Below, piece after piece: positions 19,114 to 27,436 of a stretch of 64,000 bases of DNA. Source of the stretch: Candidatus Marinacidobacterales bacterium. GTDB taxonomy: Bacteria > Acidobacteriota > Vicinamibacteria > Marinacidobacterales > DATDRI01. The translations under genes were made by a program, and so were the position numbers. The number at the start of each line of letters is the position of its first letter. The stretch's first letter is position 1. Location of the stretch: contig OZ245365.1 in the NCBI GenBank assembly GCA_965226495.1, positions 3,680,001-3,744,000 of the forward strand, in the 5' to 3' direction. The notes beneath the pieces are model-generated. The model did no database searches. It worked only from the letters and a program-made list of their open reading frames with translations, and was not told the origin of the DNA.

Positions 19114-20286
19114 ATGCTGCAGGCCGTGCTCCTCGCCGCCGGGAAATCGACGCGTACTTACCCGCTGACCACCACCCGTCCCAAGCCTTTGATTCCGGTC
19201 CTGGGAAAGCCGTTGCTCGAGCACTTGCTCGGGCAGCTCGAGGGCGTGGTGGACGAAGCGATCATCGTGGTCGGCTATCGCGCCGACGCCATTCGCATCC
19301 AGCTCGGCGATCGATTCGGCTCCCTCCCCCTTCGCTACCTGGAACAGCAGGAGCAACGAGGGACGGCCGACGCGCTGCTCCAAGCTTCCCCGTTGATCAA
19401 GGATCGCTGCTTGGTCCTGAACGGGGACGATCTTTACCACCGCTACGACTTGCAAGCCCTGTCGAGGCATCGGACCGCGATCCTGGTGACACCGGTACCC
19501 GATCCCCAAAACCGAGCCGTCGTGACCATCACCGGGGACCAAGTGGCTAACATCGTCGAAAAACCGGCCTCGGCCCCACCCAACTCGTTGGCCAGTGTCG
19601 GGGGGTACGTCATGGAGCGGAAATCTCTAAAAAGGTTGCGCGAGATCGAGGTGAGCCCGCGCGGCGAGCTGGAGCTTCCCGATTTCATAAAACTTCTCGC
19701 ACGCTCGTCCGTGGTGCGCTACCACCGCATCGAGCGCCTCTGGCTGCCCCTCACCTACGCGTGGGATGTCCTCAGGGTGAGTCTGTTCCTGCTCGAGAAC
19801 GAGGAACGCGCAGCGGAATTCGGCGTGACCGTCGAGAGTCCGGGCCAACTCGCCAAGAGACGTGATATCCATCTGGGAACCGGCACGGTGATCCATGGCC
19901 CGGTCATTATTGGAGCCGGTGCAACCCTGGGGAGTTATTGTCGTGTACAAGGCCCAACGGTCATCGCCGAGGGCTCGACGATCGGCGATCGGGTGGAATT
20001 GGAGCGATCGGTCCTCTTCCGGGCTGTCCAGGTCTCAGACTTTGCTCGCGTATCTCATTCGGTCCTGGGAGAGCTGACCCGAGTAGAGTCTCGCGCCGAG
20101 ATACTTTCCAAAGCTCGACCGGGTGAAGGGATCGATGTCGAGCTCCACGGAAAGATGATTTCCACCCGCCTCGACCGGCTCGGTCTAGTGGCGGGAGATC
20201 ACGCGATAGTGCCGAAAGAATGCAAGGTTCCCCCCGGAAGTCTCCTCGACTCCGGGGAGTCCTGGTCGCCTAGGCAGAAAAGCTAG
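19114..20286 (+). CDS. Sugar-1-phosphate nucleotidyltransferase with hexapeptide-repeat C-terminus
   Basis: AVLLAAGKSTRTYPLTTTRPKPL, EQRGTADA, LNGDD, VEKP, SPRGELEL; C-terminal left-handed beta-helix-like repeats. Confidence 0.87.
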   Translation: MLQAVLLAAGKSTRTYPLTTTRPKPLIPVLGKPLLEHLLGQLEGVVDEAIIVVGYRADAIRIQLGDRFGSLPLRYLEQQEQRGTADALLQASPLIKDRCLVLNGDDLYHRYDLQALSRHRTAILVTPVPDPQNRAVVTITGDQVANIVEKPASAPPNSLASVGGYVMERKSLKRLREIEVSPRGELELPDFIKLLARSSVVRYHRIERLWLPLTYAWDVLRVSLFLLENEERAAEFGVTVESPGQLAKRRDIHLGTGTVIHGPVIIGAGATLGSYCRVQGPTVIAEGSTIGDRVELERSVLFRAVQVSDFARVSHSVLGELTRVESRAEILSKARPGEGIDVELHGKMISTRLDRLGLVAGDHAIVPKECKVPPGSLLDSGESWSPRQKS

Positions 20287-20290
20287 CGAG

Positions 20291-20362
20291 AGCCCTCAGC
20301 CCGAGCGCAGCGCGAGCCATCAGCCCAGTTGTAGCTCGTGGGGGTGGGGTCCCCGCGAGCGC
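20291..20362 (+). repeat. REP-like element (family A)
   Basis: AGCCCTCAGCCCGAGCGCAGCGCGA...GGGGGTGGGGTCCCCGCGAGCGC; both ends match the reverse complement of the 78-bp units at 56360 and 56445. Confidence 0.8.
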
Positions 20363-20406
20363 TCATTCAATGATTGTCGGTGGGGCCCCACGGTCGTGGC
20401 GAGAGC

Positions 20407-20934
20407 TTATCGAACCCAACCCGGCGGCACGTTCGAGCGTCGCGCGTCTTCGCGAAGCTTTCGTCTGGCCTCGGTGGCGGCATCCAGCTCAGCTTTTGCC
20501 TCCGCGGCCATAGCCTGCAGTTGCTCGACGGATGTAATAACCGGCTCGTTGTTCTGATCCACGTAGTAGGCACCGGTGCTCAAATGGAGATTGCCGAGGA
20601 GCTCGTAACGTTTCCGCGCCTCTTTGATCCGTTCCCGCGCCTCACTACTTCGCCGGCGCCACTCCATTTCCTGCTGTGCGCGATCCGTCTCGTTGGAAGT
20701 GCGTTGTTCGGGCTCGGCTTGCTGTTCTTGGGCAGCGGCAGTGCCGAGAACCGGCGTGGGCTCCTCTCCCTCTTCGGTTTGCCCGATATCCCCGATCACC
20801 AGAGTAGGTTTTTCCCCTCGTTTCCGGTTGTCATCGCGACGTTCTTTCTCCTGGCGAGCCACGTCGCCTAGAGACTGGCCTACCGCCAGAACCGGAACGA
20901 GGAGCAGCATCAGAGCGAGAGATCCCCTCCACAT
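20407..20934 (-). CDS. Hypothetical secreted coiled-coil protein
   Basis: GGAGG SD, signal peptide, QSLGDVARQEKERR, charged helical C-terminus ending PPGWVR. Confidence 0.75.
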   Translation of the reverse strand: MWRGSLALMLLLVPVLAVGQSLGDVARQEKERRDDNRKRGEKPTLVIGDIGQTEEGEEPTPVLGTAAAQEQQAEPEQRTSNETDRAQQEMEWRRRSSEARERIKEARKRYELLGNLHLSTGAYYVDQNNEPVITSVEQLQAMAAEAKAELDAATEARRKLREDARRSNVPPGWVR

Positions 20935-21052
20935 GTTGGCTCCTCCGAACTATTCAGTTGTGTTGGGGTAGCTTTAGAATAGCAGCCGGGAGCGGATCTG
21001 TCGAATGATTCCTTCCCTTAACCTTCGTCGCGTTCTGATCTAGACGGACGGT

Positions 21053-21955
21053 TCAAGAAGACCTCGACTCAGGTCTTGCCAGGCGTTCCAGGGCGAGAAT
21101 CATGGCCTGGGTTCCTAGAGCGCCATCCCCCGAGGCTTCCAGACCACGGTAGAGCTGCTGCGCCAGGGCGGTGCTGAACAGAGGAACGTTCAACCGCCGG
21201 CCCAGCTCCTCCGCGAGAGACAGATCCTTCTGCATGAGACGTATCATGAAGGCGGGGCCCAGCTCGCGCCGGACGATTTTTGGCCCCAGATTGGTCAGCT
21301 GCCAAGACCCGCCCGCCCCGCCACCCAGCACCTCGATAAATTGTTCCAAGTCGATTCCCGCTCGCCCGGCCAACAACAGCGCCTCGGTGAGAGCCATCAT
21401 GTTCACGGCACTAAGAATCTGGTTGCACAACTTGAGAGACTGACCGGCGCCACTGGGCCCCACGTGATGAACGCCTTTGCCCATCGCTCGAAGAACCGGC
21501 AGGACGTTGTCGAAGGCCGCCTTGTCTCCACCCACCATGATCATGAGAGTCCCTTGCTGCGCGCCGACGTCTCCGCCGGTGACTGGAGCGTCGAGCAACT
21601 CGCAGCCCTGTTCTCGAAGGATGGTGGCCATCTCCCGCTCCCGATCCGGTGAAATGGTGCTCATGTCGACGACCAGAAGTCCGGGCCGCATCGCTTCATG
21701 AACACCATTGGGTCCGAGCAGCGCGGCTTCCACATCAGGAGTGTCGGGAACCATGGTGATGACGACATCTGACTTGGCGGCAACTTCCGCGGCGCTCGCG
21801 GCGACATTCGCGCCCGCGTCGGCCAGCGGCCTTTCCTTAGAACGCGTGCGATTGTGCACGGTAAGGGAGAAGCCGGCTTTCAAGAGGTTCTCCGCCATGG
21901 GACGTCCCATGATCCCGAGCCCAATGAATCCGATTCGTCGATCCCCGTCTTTCAT
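21053..21955 (-). CDS. NAD(P)-dependent beta-hydroxyacid dehydrogenase (3-hydroxyisobutyrate/tartronate semialdehyde reductase family)
   Basis: GFIGLGIMG, DMSTI, DAPVTGG, KLCNQ and MQKDL motifs. Confidence 0.92.
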   Translation of the reverse strand: MKDGDRRIGFIGLGIMGRPMAENLLKAGFSLTVHNRTRSKERPLADAGANVAASAAEVAAKSDVVITMVPDTPDVEAALLGPNGVHEAMRPGLLVVDMSTISPDREREMATILREQGCELLDAPVTGGDVGAQQGTLMIMVGGDKAAFDNVLPVLRAMGKGVHHVGPSGAGQSLKLCNQILSAVNMMALTEALLLAGRAGIDLEQFIEVLGGGAGGSWQLTNLGPKIVRRELGPAFMIRLMQKDLSLAEELGRRLNVPLFSTALAQQLYRGLEASGDGALGTQAMILALERLARPESRSS

Positions 21956-21991
21956 TTACCTTGTGTCCACGGTGACTCTCGATTTTGTGGT

Positions 21992-23458
21992 TTAGGATTC
22001 CCCCTTCGGTCGCGAACGCCTCCGCCGACCGCGTCGCTTCTTGGCCCCGCCGGGTTCCTTGACGGCCTCGTTGCTTTCGGTTGGAGGGGGTTCTGCCACG
22101 TCCGGCCTGTCCGACACCAGCTCTTCTACGTCCACCGGACCACCAAAATCCCGGCGCATCAGATAAGCGATGAGCTTCCTATGGTCGGGATGAGCGGCGA
22201 CCGCATCGGCGACGTCTTCCAAATCGAAAAACTCTTCCTCGCTCATCTCGTTCGCTTCGTCAGAGAGACGCTGCAGGATGCGCTCTGTCTTTCGCTGCTT
22301 AATCTCATCGTCGCTCGGCACCTCGCGCTCGATCACTTGGAGTCGATAGCGGTTGACGAGACGGTTGAAGCTCACCAGATCCGCCGCAGACACCAACGAG
22401 ATCACTTCCCCCGATTTTCCGATTCTACCGGTGCGACCGGCCCGATGGATGTAGACCTCGGGCGAGGATGGCGTCGAGAAGATGAAAACGTGCGACAGAT
22501 CCTCGATATCGATACCGCGGGCCGCAACATCGGTCGCCACCAAGTGACGGATGGTTCCAGCGCGAAATTTCCCCATAACCTGCTCGCGCTTCTTTTGCAC
22601 CAGATCGCTTGAGATCATCGCCACCGGGAGACCTTGGCGGGCCAGAAAACCCGCGACGATTCGTACCTCGCCGCGCGTGTTGCAGAAGATGATCGATGAG
22701 TTGGGTTGATCGTGCTCGATCAACTTGTAAAGGACCTGTTCTTTCCGCATGTGAGGGGCAATGATGTAGGCGTGGGTAACTTCCTGAACGTAAGCGAAAT
22801 CCTCGGACAGGAGAACCCACCCCGGCTCCGTCAGGTAGTTGTAGATGAGCCCCCGAATTCCGACAGGAATTGTGGCCGAGAAGAGAAGGGTTTGCCGCTC
22901 TTCGGGCATGAATTGCATGATGTCACCCATCTCTTGAGCAAAGCCCATGTCCAACATCTTGTCCGCCTCGTCGAGCACGAGGATTTTCACAGAATCCAGT
23001 TGTAGAGTGCCTCGCCTCAAATGATCGAGTACCCGACCCGGTGTCCCGACCACTACGTGAACTCCGGCTCGGATGGCGTCGATTTGGCCCCCTATTGACT
23101 CCCCTCCGTAAACGGCCTGCGTTCTGAGCTCGCGTCCCCTGCCGATCTTTTCGAGCTCCTCCGTAACCTGGACCGCCAACTCGCGAGTAGGCGTGAGCAC
23201 TAGGGCTTGCGCCTGCATTAACTCCGAATCCATCTTCTCGGCGATGCTGATCCCGAAGGCCGCGGTCTTGCCGGTTCCGGTCCGAGACATCACGACCAGA
23301 TCCTGCCCCCCAAGGGCCCCAGGAATGGTTTCTTTTTGAACGTCGGTCGGCGAAACGTAACCCATCTCTGCCAAAGCACCGAGGGTGGAGACGGAGATAC
23401 CCAAAGATTCGAAGTCGGACTCGTCGCTAGATGTTTTCACTCTGCTCTGAACTTTCAT
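21992..23458 (-). CDS. DEAD-box ATP-dependent RNA helicase
   Basis: Q motif (PTDVQ), TGTGKT, PTRELA, TPGR, DEAD, SAT, ARGID, HRAGRTGR, basic C-terminal tail. Start at ATG 23458 is preferred over 23482, which lies inside the hairpin array. Confidence 0.95.
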   Translation of the reverse strand: MKVQSRVKTSSDESDFESLGISVSTLGALAEMGYVSPTDVQKETIPGALGGQDLVVMSRTGTGKTAAFGISIAEKMDSELMQAQALVLTPTRELAVQVTEELEKIGRGRELRTQAVYGGESIGGQIDAIRAGVHVVVGTPGRVLDHLRRGTLQLDSVKILVLDEADKMLDMGFAQEMGDIMQFMPEERQTLLFSATIPVGIRGLIYNYLTEPGWVLLSEDFAYVQEVTHAYIIAPHMRKEQVLYKLIEHDQPNSSIIFCNTRGEVRIVAGFLARQGLPVAMISSDLVQKKREQVMGKFRAGTIRHLVATDVAARGIDIEDLSHVFIFSTPSSPEVYIHRAGRTGRIGKSGEVISLVSAADLVSFNRLVNRYRLQVIEREVPSDDEIKQRKTERILQRLSDEANEMSEEEFFDLEDVADAVAAHPDHRKLIAYLMRRDFGGPVDVEELVSDRPDVAEPPPTESNEAVKEPGGAKKRRGRRRRSRPKGES

Positions 23459-23574
23459 CACCCGACTTCCGTCGGGTGGCATTGCCTGACCGTCGGCCAG
23501 GCGGAATAGCCTGACTTTCCGTCAGGCGGAATAGCCTGACTTCGCCAGGTGGCATTGCGTGACTCTCCGTCACA
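23459..23574 (-). promoter_or_regulatory. Array of five tandem hairpins in the helicase 5' leader (candidate cis-regulatory RNA)
   Basis: About 25-nt period; GAC/GTC-cored stems; loops GGAGA, GAA, GAC, GGAAA, GGAA on the minus strand; plus-strand A-C mismatches become G-U pairs on the minus strand. Confidence 0.65.
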
Positions 23575-23804
23575 TGACACTTCGTTCAACTGCTTGCGAC
23601 GGAAACGTATCATACGGGCGACGCCTTCTGAATTACAACGGAGACCTGGGTTGGCCGGGGCGAGTTCAAGGTGAGGGTCGTAACGAAACCATTCCTTTAC
23701 TCCCTCTCCCTCAAGAAACTGAGGGCATCAAGACATGTCGTGCCATTATCATCCGCATCAGACGCCGGGTGAGGGTGGTATTGAAAGATGGCTTCCTTCC
23801 GTTA

Positions 23805-23839
23805 CCCCCTCTCCCCCTGGGAGAGGGCCGGGGTGAGGG
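23805..23839. repeat. CCCTCTCCC/GGGAGAGGG-GGTGAGGG palindromic repeat
   Basis: CCCCCTCTCCCCCTGGGAGAGGGCCGGGGTGAGGG, just downstream of the operon's last stop; split partial copy at 23702-23775. Confidence 0.6.
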
Positions 23840-23845
23840 CAACCG

Positions 23846-26800
23846 CTAAGGTCGTTGGTTCTTAGAGAGCGAACGATAATATTCCTCGACCAGCTTTCGA
23901 TAGCCGGCCGGTACGTGATCCGAACCGGAAAGCAGGAGCTCTTCCTTGCTCATACCCTCAAGCTCTCGCCTTAGCCAGTATTCGAACTGTTTGAGCTCTT
24001 CGACGAGCGCGGTGAGCTCTTGCAAACCACGCGGGTCCTCATAGACCTTGTTCGAGTCGTAAGCTTCCATCCGCTCGATGATGCTCTGAAGGTCCGGAAC
24101 CTGCAGGTCCTGCCGCTGGAGCTCTTGCCTCAAGCCCTGCGCCTCCTGAGCTCGCTCCCGGAACTCGCGGCGAAACTGCCGAATGTCTTCGGAGCTGAAC
24201 GTCCCCGGCTGAAAGCTATTAGCACCCGGCCCCACGAAACCCGGCGCGTTCAAAGAGCGCTCGGGGTCGGTGCCCTGTTGTCCCTGTTGACCCTGCTTGC
24301 CCTGCTGACCTTCTCGTCCTTCTTGTCCTTCTTGTCCGCGCTCTCCAGCTCTCTCCTGACCACCCGGGCTTTGCTGGCTCCCTTGACTTTCTTGCAGGCC
24401 CCGGGCCTGCTCCTGAAGTCTCTCATCGAGCGACTCGAGGTTACGAACCAGCTCCCGCGTCTTCTCCAGGGTCTCCTCCGCTTGCGCCCTCTCGCTCTTT
24501 CCGATGGCGGCTCTCGCTTCTTCGATCCGATCGCGCAGCTCGGAAATGTCCTCGCTTATTTGATCCTCGAACAGCTGTGCGTACTCCTGTGTCCGGCCCT
24601 GCACCACACCCTTGGAGTAGCGGATCTTCTCCTTGAGCTTGCTATCGCGGATGGAATCGGCCGCCTCGCGCAGTTTTCGCGAGGCATCCTTCTGTTCTTG
24701 CCGCGACTCCATGGACATCCGGTCCATCTGAGCCTCGAGGTCTGCGACCTCGCCGGCTTGCTCGCTCTTACGTTCCAGCAAGCGTTGCATCCTATCGGCC
24801 TTCTCCCGAGAGCTACTCTGACCCAGTCGACCGACATCGGATTGAATCTTTTCCTGCTGGCGGGCGATTCTCTGCGCGCGGGAGCGGATGTCGTCCATAT
24901 CTCTCTCGAGTCGAGAGGCCCGATCTTTCTCGAGCAGCCGGCGCGCGTCTTTCAGCCGATCGAGTGCCGAGATACCCTCGGAGAGAGACCCTTCGTCTCC
25001 CTCGCTCGCCGCTCGCCGCATGGAGCTCGCCGCCTGGCGAAGCCGCCGCACCGTATCCTCCAACCCTTTCTCAGATTTCTCCCGAGCCAAACGCTCCAGT
25101 CGCCGTGCCAGATCTTCCGTCTCTTCGGCGAGATCGCGTTGGCCGCCCCCACCGCTGCCGCCGGGGAAGTTCTGTGACTTCGAGCGTTTCATGCGCTCGT
25201 TCTCTTGCTGCTGCCGTCGAGCGAGCTCCTGGAGACGCTGCAAGGCTTCGTCCACCTCGTTGTCTACCGACTGCCGCTCGCCCCTCTGCACGGTCTCGTA
25301 CTGGTTGCGCAGTTTGTCCATTTCGAGCTCGAAGAGATCCGCAAGATCTTCGGCGTTCGACTGCTCACCGCCGCCCATTCCGCCGCCACCGAACGCGACC
25401 TGAACGTCGCGGAACACCGCTTCGGCACGCTGCAAGTGTTGAAGGGCGCGTTTCTCGAGTGGAAGCGCCTCGTCGGGCTTTTTCCCTAGGAGGCTTTCCT
25501 CTGCCGGCTCCATCGCTTCGGCCGCCAAGCGAAGCGAGGCGGAGATTTTTCCGAAGTCCGAATCCCCATCAACGATGCCGCGGTTGGTCATGCGTCGAAG
25601 CAGCGTCCCGACCTGCTCTCTCAAACGACCCTGCATCAACGCAATCGTGGTCAGGTTCTCCGAGTGTTCCTTTTCGGAATAGTTCTTCCGATCCCGGATG
25701 ATCTTGAAGGTCGCGGCCACGATCTGGCGTTGCCTCTGGGATAGAGCATTGTCCATGCCTTGCCCGGCTCCCCCCATGCCCTGCTGCGCCTGTCGATACT
25801 GCTTTCCAAAAGGCCGTACCTCCAAGAAATAGATGTCGGTGCTCGCCGTCTGAGCGCCTTCCACACCATTACCATCCGTAGCGCGACCGAAGTAGGAAAC
25901 GAAATCACCCGGCTCGAGCGGGAGGTCCTCCATGAAAAAGGTGTGGCCGGCGGAAACTGCCTTCTTCGGCGAAGAGCCCTCGCGATGGAGCCAGACCGAC
26001 TGTTCATCTCCTCCATTCACCGAGTAGACGAGCTCCAACTTGCGAATCCCGTAGTCGTCCTCCGCCCGGAGTTCGGTAAAGACCTCCTCGATCGAGCTGA
26101 CCTTGGTGTCCCGGCCCGGCTTCAGAACCGCCACCGATGGCGGCTGATCATTCAGGATCTCGATCGTGAAATCCGGCGAGCCCTTGTGCATCTTGCCGTC
26201 GAAGGCGGACAGCTCGATGCTATAGAACCCCTCGGTGTCGATGTGAAGGGAAGCGGACAAGGTTCCGTCGTCCGCCAACTCCATTGGCTGGGACTCTTGT
26301 CCCTCGACACGAATCGTGCCTCCCGCAACACGAACGGTGGGGGTCGCCGTAACAATTACATTGCTCCCCTTGAGGGCCGCGATGTCGCCGCCGTCTTCCA
26401 CCTTGCGCGGCGATAGACCCGTGTACTTGGGGAACCGATACTCGAGATCCACTCTATTCACGTAAGGCAGATCGGACACGGTGATGCGAAACATCGGAGA
26501 GCGAACGCCGCTAGCCTCTACGAAGTAGTCGGTCGTATCGTTGAGGTCGAGGAGCATGAACATGAACTTGCCCCCATCCCCGTCGACCGTCATCGGCCAG
26601 CGTTGAACCTTTTCTTCTTCCTCCGACTTCACTCCGATTTCCACCAGATCGCTATCGAAGCCCGTGAGCCGCGCCTGCACCAACTGGTCCGCCCCACGCG
26701 CAACGCCAAGGTGACCGGGCTCGACCACGATGAAATACGGATTGGCGGCGCGAGCACTCCGCCAGGGATTCAGGAGTAACGATGCGCCATGGCGCAGAAA

Positions 26801-27343
26801 AGCCGGGCTCAGAAGTACCGCAAGCATTCCCAAGAGCGCAACGACTGCCATGGTACTGGAAGCCCGATGGAGGCGCTGCCGTTCGATCAATCGTCCAAAC
26901 TGGTTGGTCTGGCAGCTATCGTAAGCCGCCTCCACCAGCCGTTCGATGAGCGCCGGTGACGAATTGGACGGGTTCTTCTCGTCCTTCTTGTCCTTGGCTC
27001 CAACCTCTACGGCGCTGACCACCGCCGCTTGGAGCGAGGGGTCGTTCTCCTCGATATAGAGAGCCACTTGTTCGTCGGTCACGCGCTTTCGGAGCGGAAG
27101 AATGATGAAGCGTAACGTTAAACCAATGAGCCCGAGGTAGGTGAAAGCGCGGATAGCCCACACCGCCCAGTCGCTGTAGCGCAGCTGATCGATTCCGAAT
27201 GCCGACACAGCCAGAGCGAGGAGACCAGCCGCCAAGACGATGGCCGCTCCACGAAGCACCAGTCGCAAACGCCATCGGTTCCTTACGTGGCGGATGACGC
27301 GAAGGAGTTCGTCATAGCTGGACATGATGGGTGCGTTCAACAT
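23846..27343 (-). CDS. Large membrane-anchored Ig-like and coiled-coil protein (DUF4175-like)
   Basis: 1165 aa; three N-terminal TMs, beta-rich modules (PKYTG, AEDDYG), long Q/E/R coiled coil, Q/G low-complexity tract, terminal VPAGYRKLVEEYYRSL. Confidence 0.78.
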   Translation of the reverse strand: MLNAPIMSSYDELLRVIRHVRNRWRLRLVLRGAAIVLAAGLLALAVSAFGIDQLRYSDWAVWAIRAFTYLGLIGLTLRFIILPLRKRVTDEQVALYIEENDPSLQAAVVSAVEVGAKDKKDEKNPSNSSPALIERLVEAAYDSCQTNQFGRLIERQRLHRASSTMAVVALLGMLAVLLSPAFLRHGASLLLNPWRSARAANPYFIVVEPGHLGVARGADQLVQARLTGFDSDLVEIGVKSEEEEKVQRWPMTVDGDGGKFMFMLLDLNDTTDYFVEASGVRSPMFRITVSDLPYVNRVDLEYRFPKYTGLSPRKVEDGGDIAALKGSNVIVTATPTVRVAGGTIRVEGQESQPMELADDGTLSASLHIDTEGFYSIELSAFDGKMHKGSPDFTIEILNDQPPSVAVLKPGRDTKVSSIEEVFTELRAEDDYGIRKLELVYSVNGGDEQSVWLHREGSSPKKAVSAGHTFFMEDLPLEPGDFVSYFGRATDGNGVEGAQTASTDIYFLEVRPFGKQYRQAQQGMGGAGQGMDNALSQRQRQIVAATFKIIRDRKNYSEKEHSENLTTIALMQGRLREQVGTLLRRMTNRGIVDGDSDFGKISASLRLAAEAMEPAEESLLGKKPDEALPLEKRALQHLQRAEAVFRDVQVAFGGGGMGGGEQSNAEDLADLFELEMDKLRNQYETVQRGERQSVDNEVDEALQRLQELARRQQQENERMKRSKSQNFPGGSGGGGQRDLAEETEDLARRLERLAREKSEKGLEDTVRRLRQAASSMRRAASEGDEGSLSEGISALDRLKDARRLLEKDRASRLERDMDDIRSRAQRIARQQEKIQSDVGRLGQSSSREKADRMQRLLERKSEQAGEVADLEAQMDRMSMESRQEQKDASRKLREAADSIRDSKLKEKIRYSKGVVQGRTQEYAQLFEDQISEDISELRDRIEEARAAIGKSERAQAEETLEKTRELVRNLESLDERLQEQARGLQESQGSQQSPGGQERAGERGQEGQEGREGQQGKQGQQGQQGTDPERSLNAPGFVGPGANSFQPGTFSSEDIRQFRREFRERAQEAQGLRQELQRQDLQVPDLQSIIERMEAYDSNKVYEDPRGLQELTALVEELKQFEYWLRRELEGMSKEELLLSGSDHVPAGYRKLVEEYYRSLSKNQRP

Positions 27344-27436
27344 GGGTCGCTCCCTCTAATGATCACTTCGTCGGGCCCTAGTGTCCTGTCGGGCATTTTC
27401 GGCATCTTCCTCAATATTCGCCAACATTCGCACTAT

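Noticed and set aside
24270-24400. Repetitive CCCTG/CTTG tract
   Set aside because: Encodes the Gln/Gly-rich linker of the 1165-aa protein; not an independent DNA repeat.
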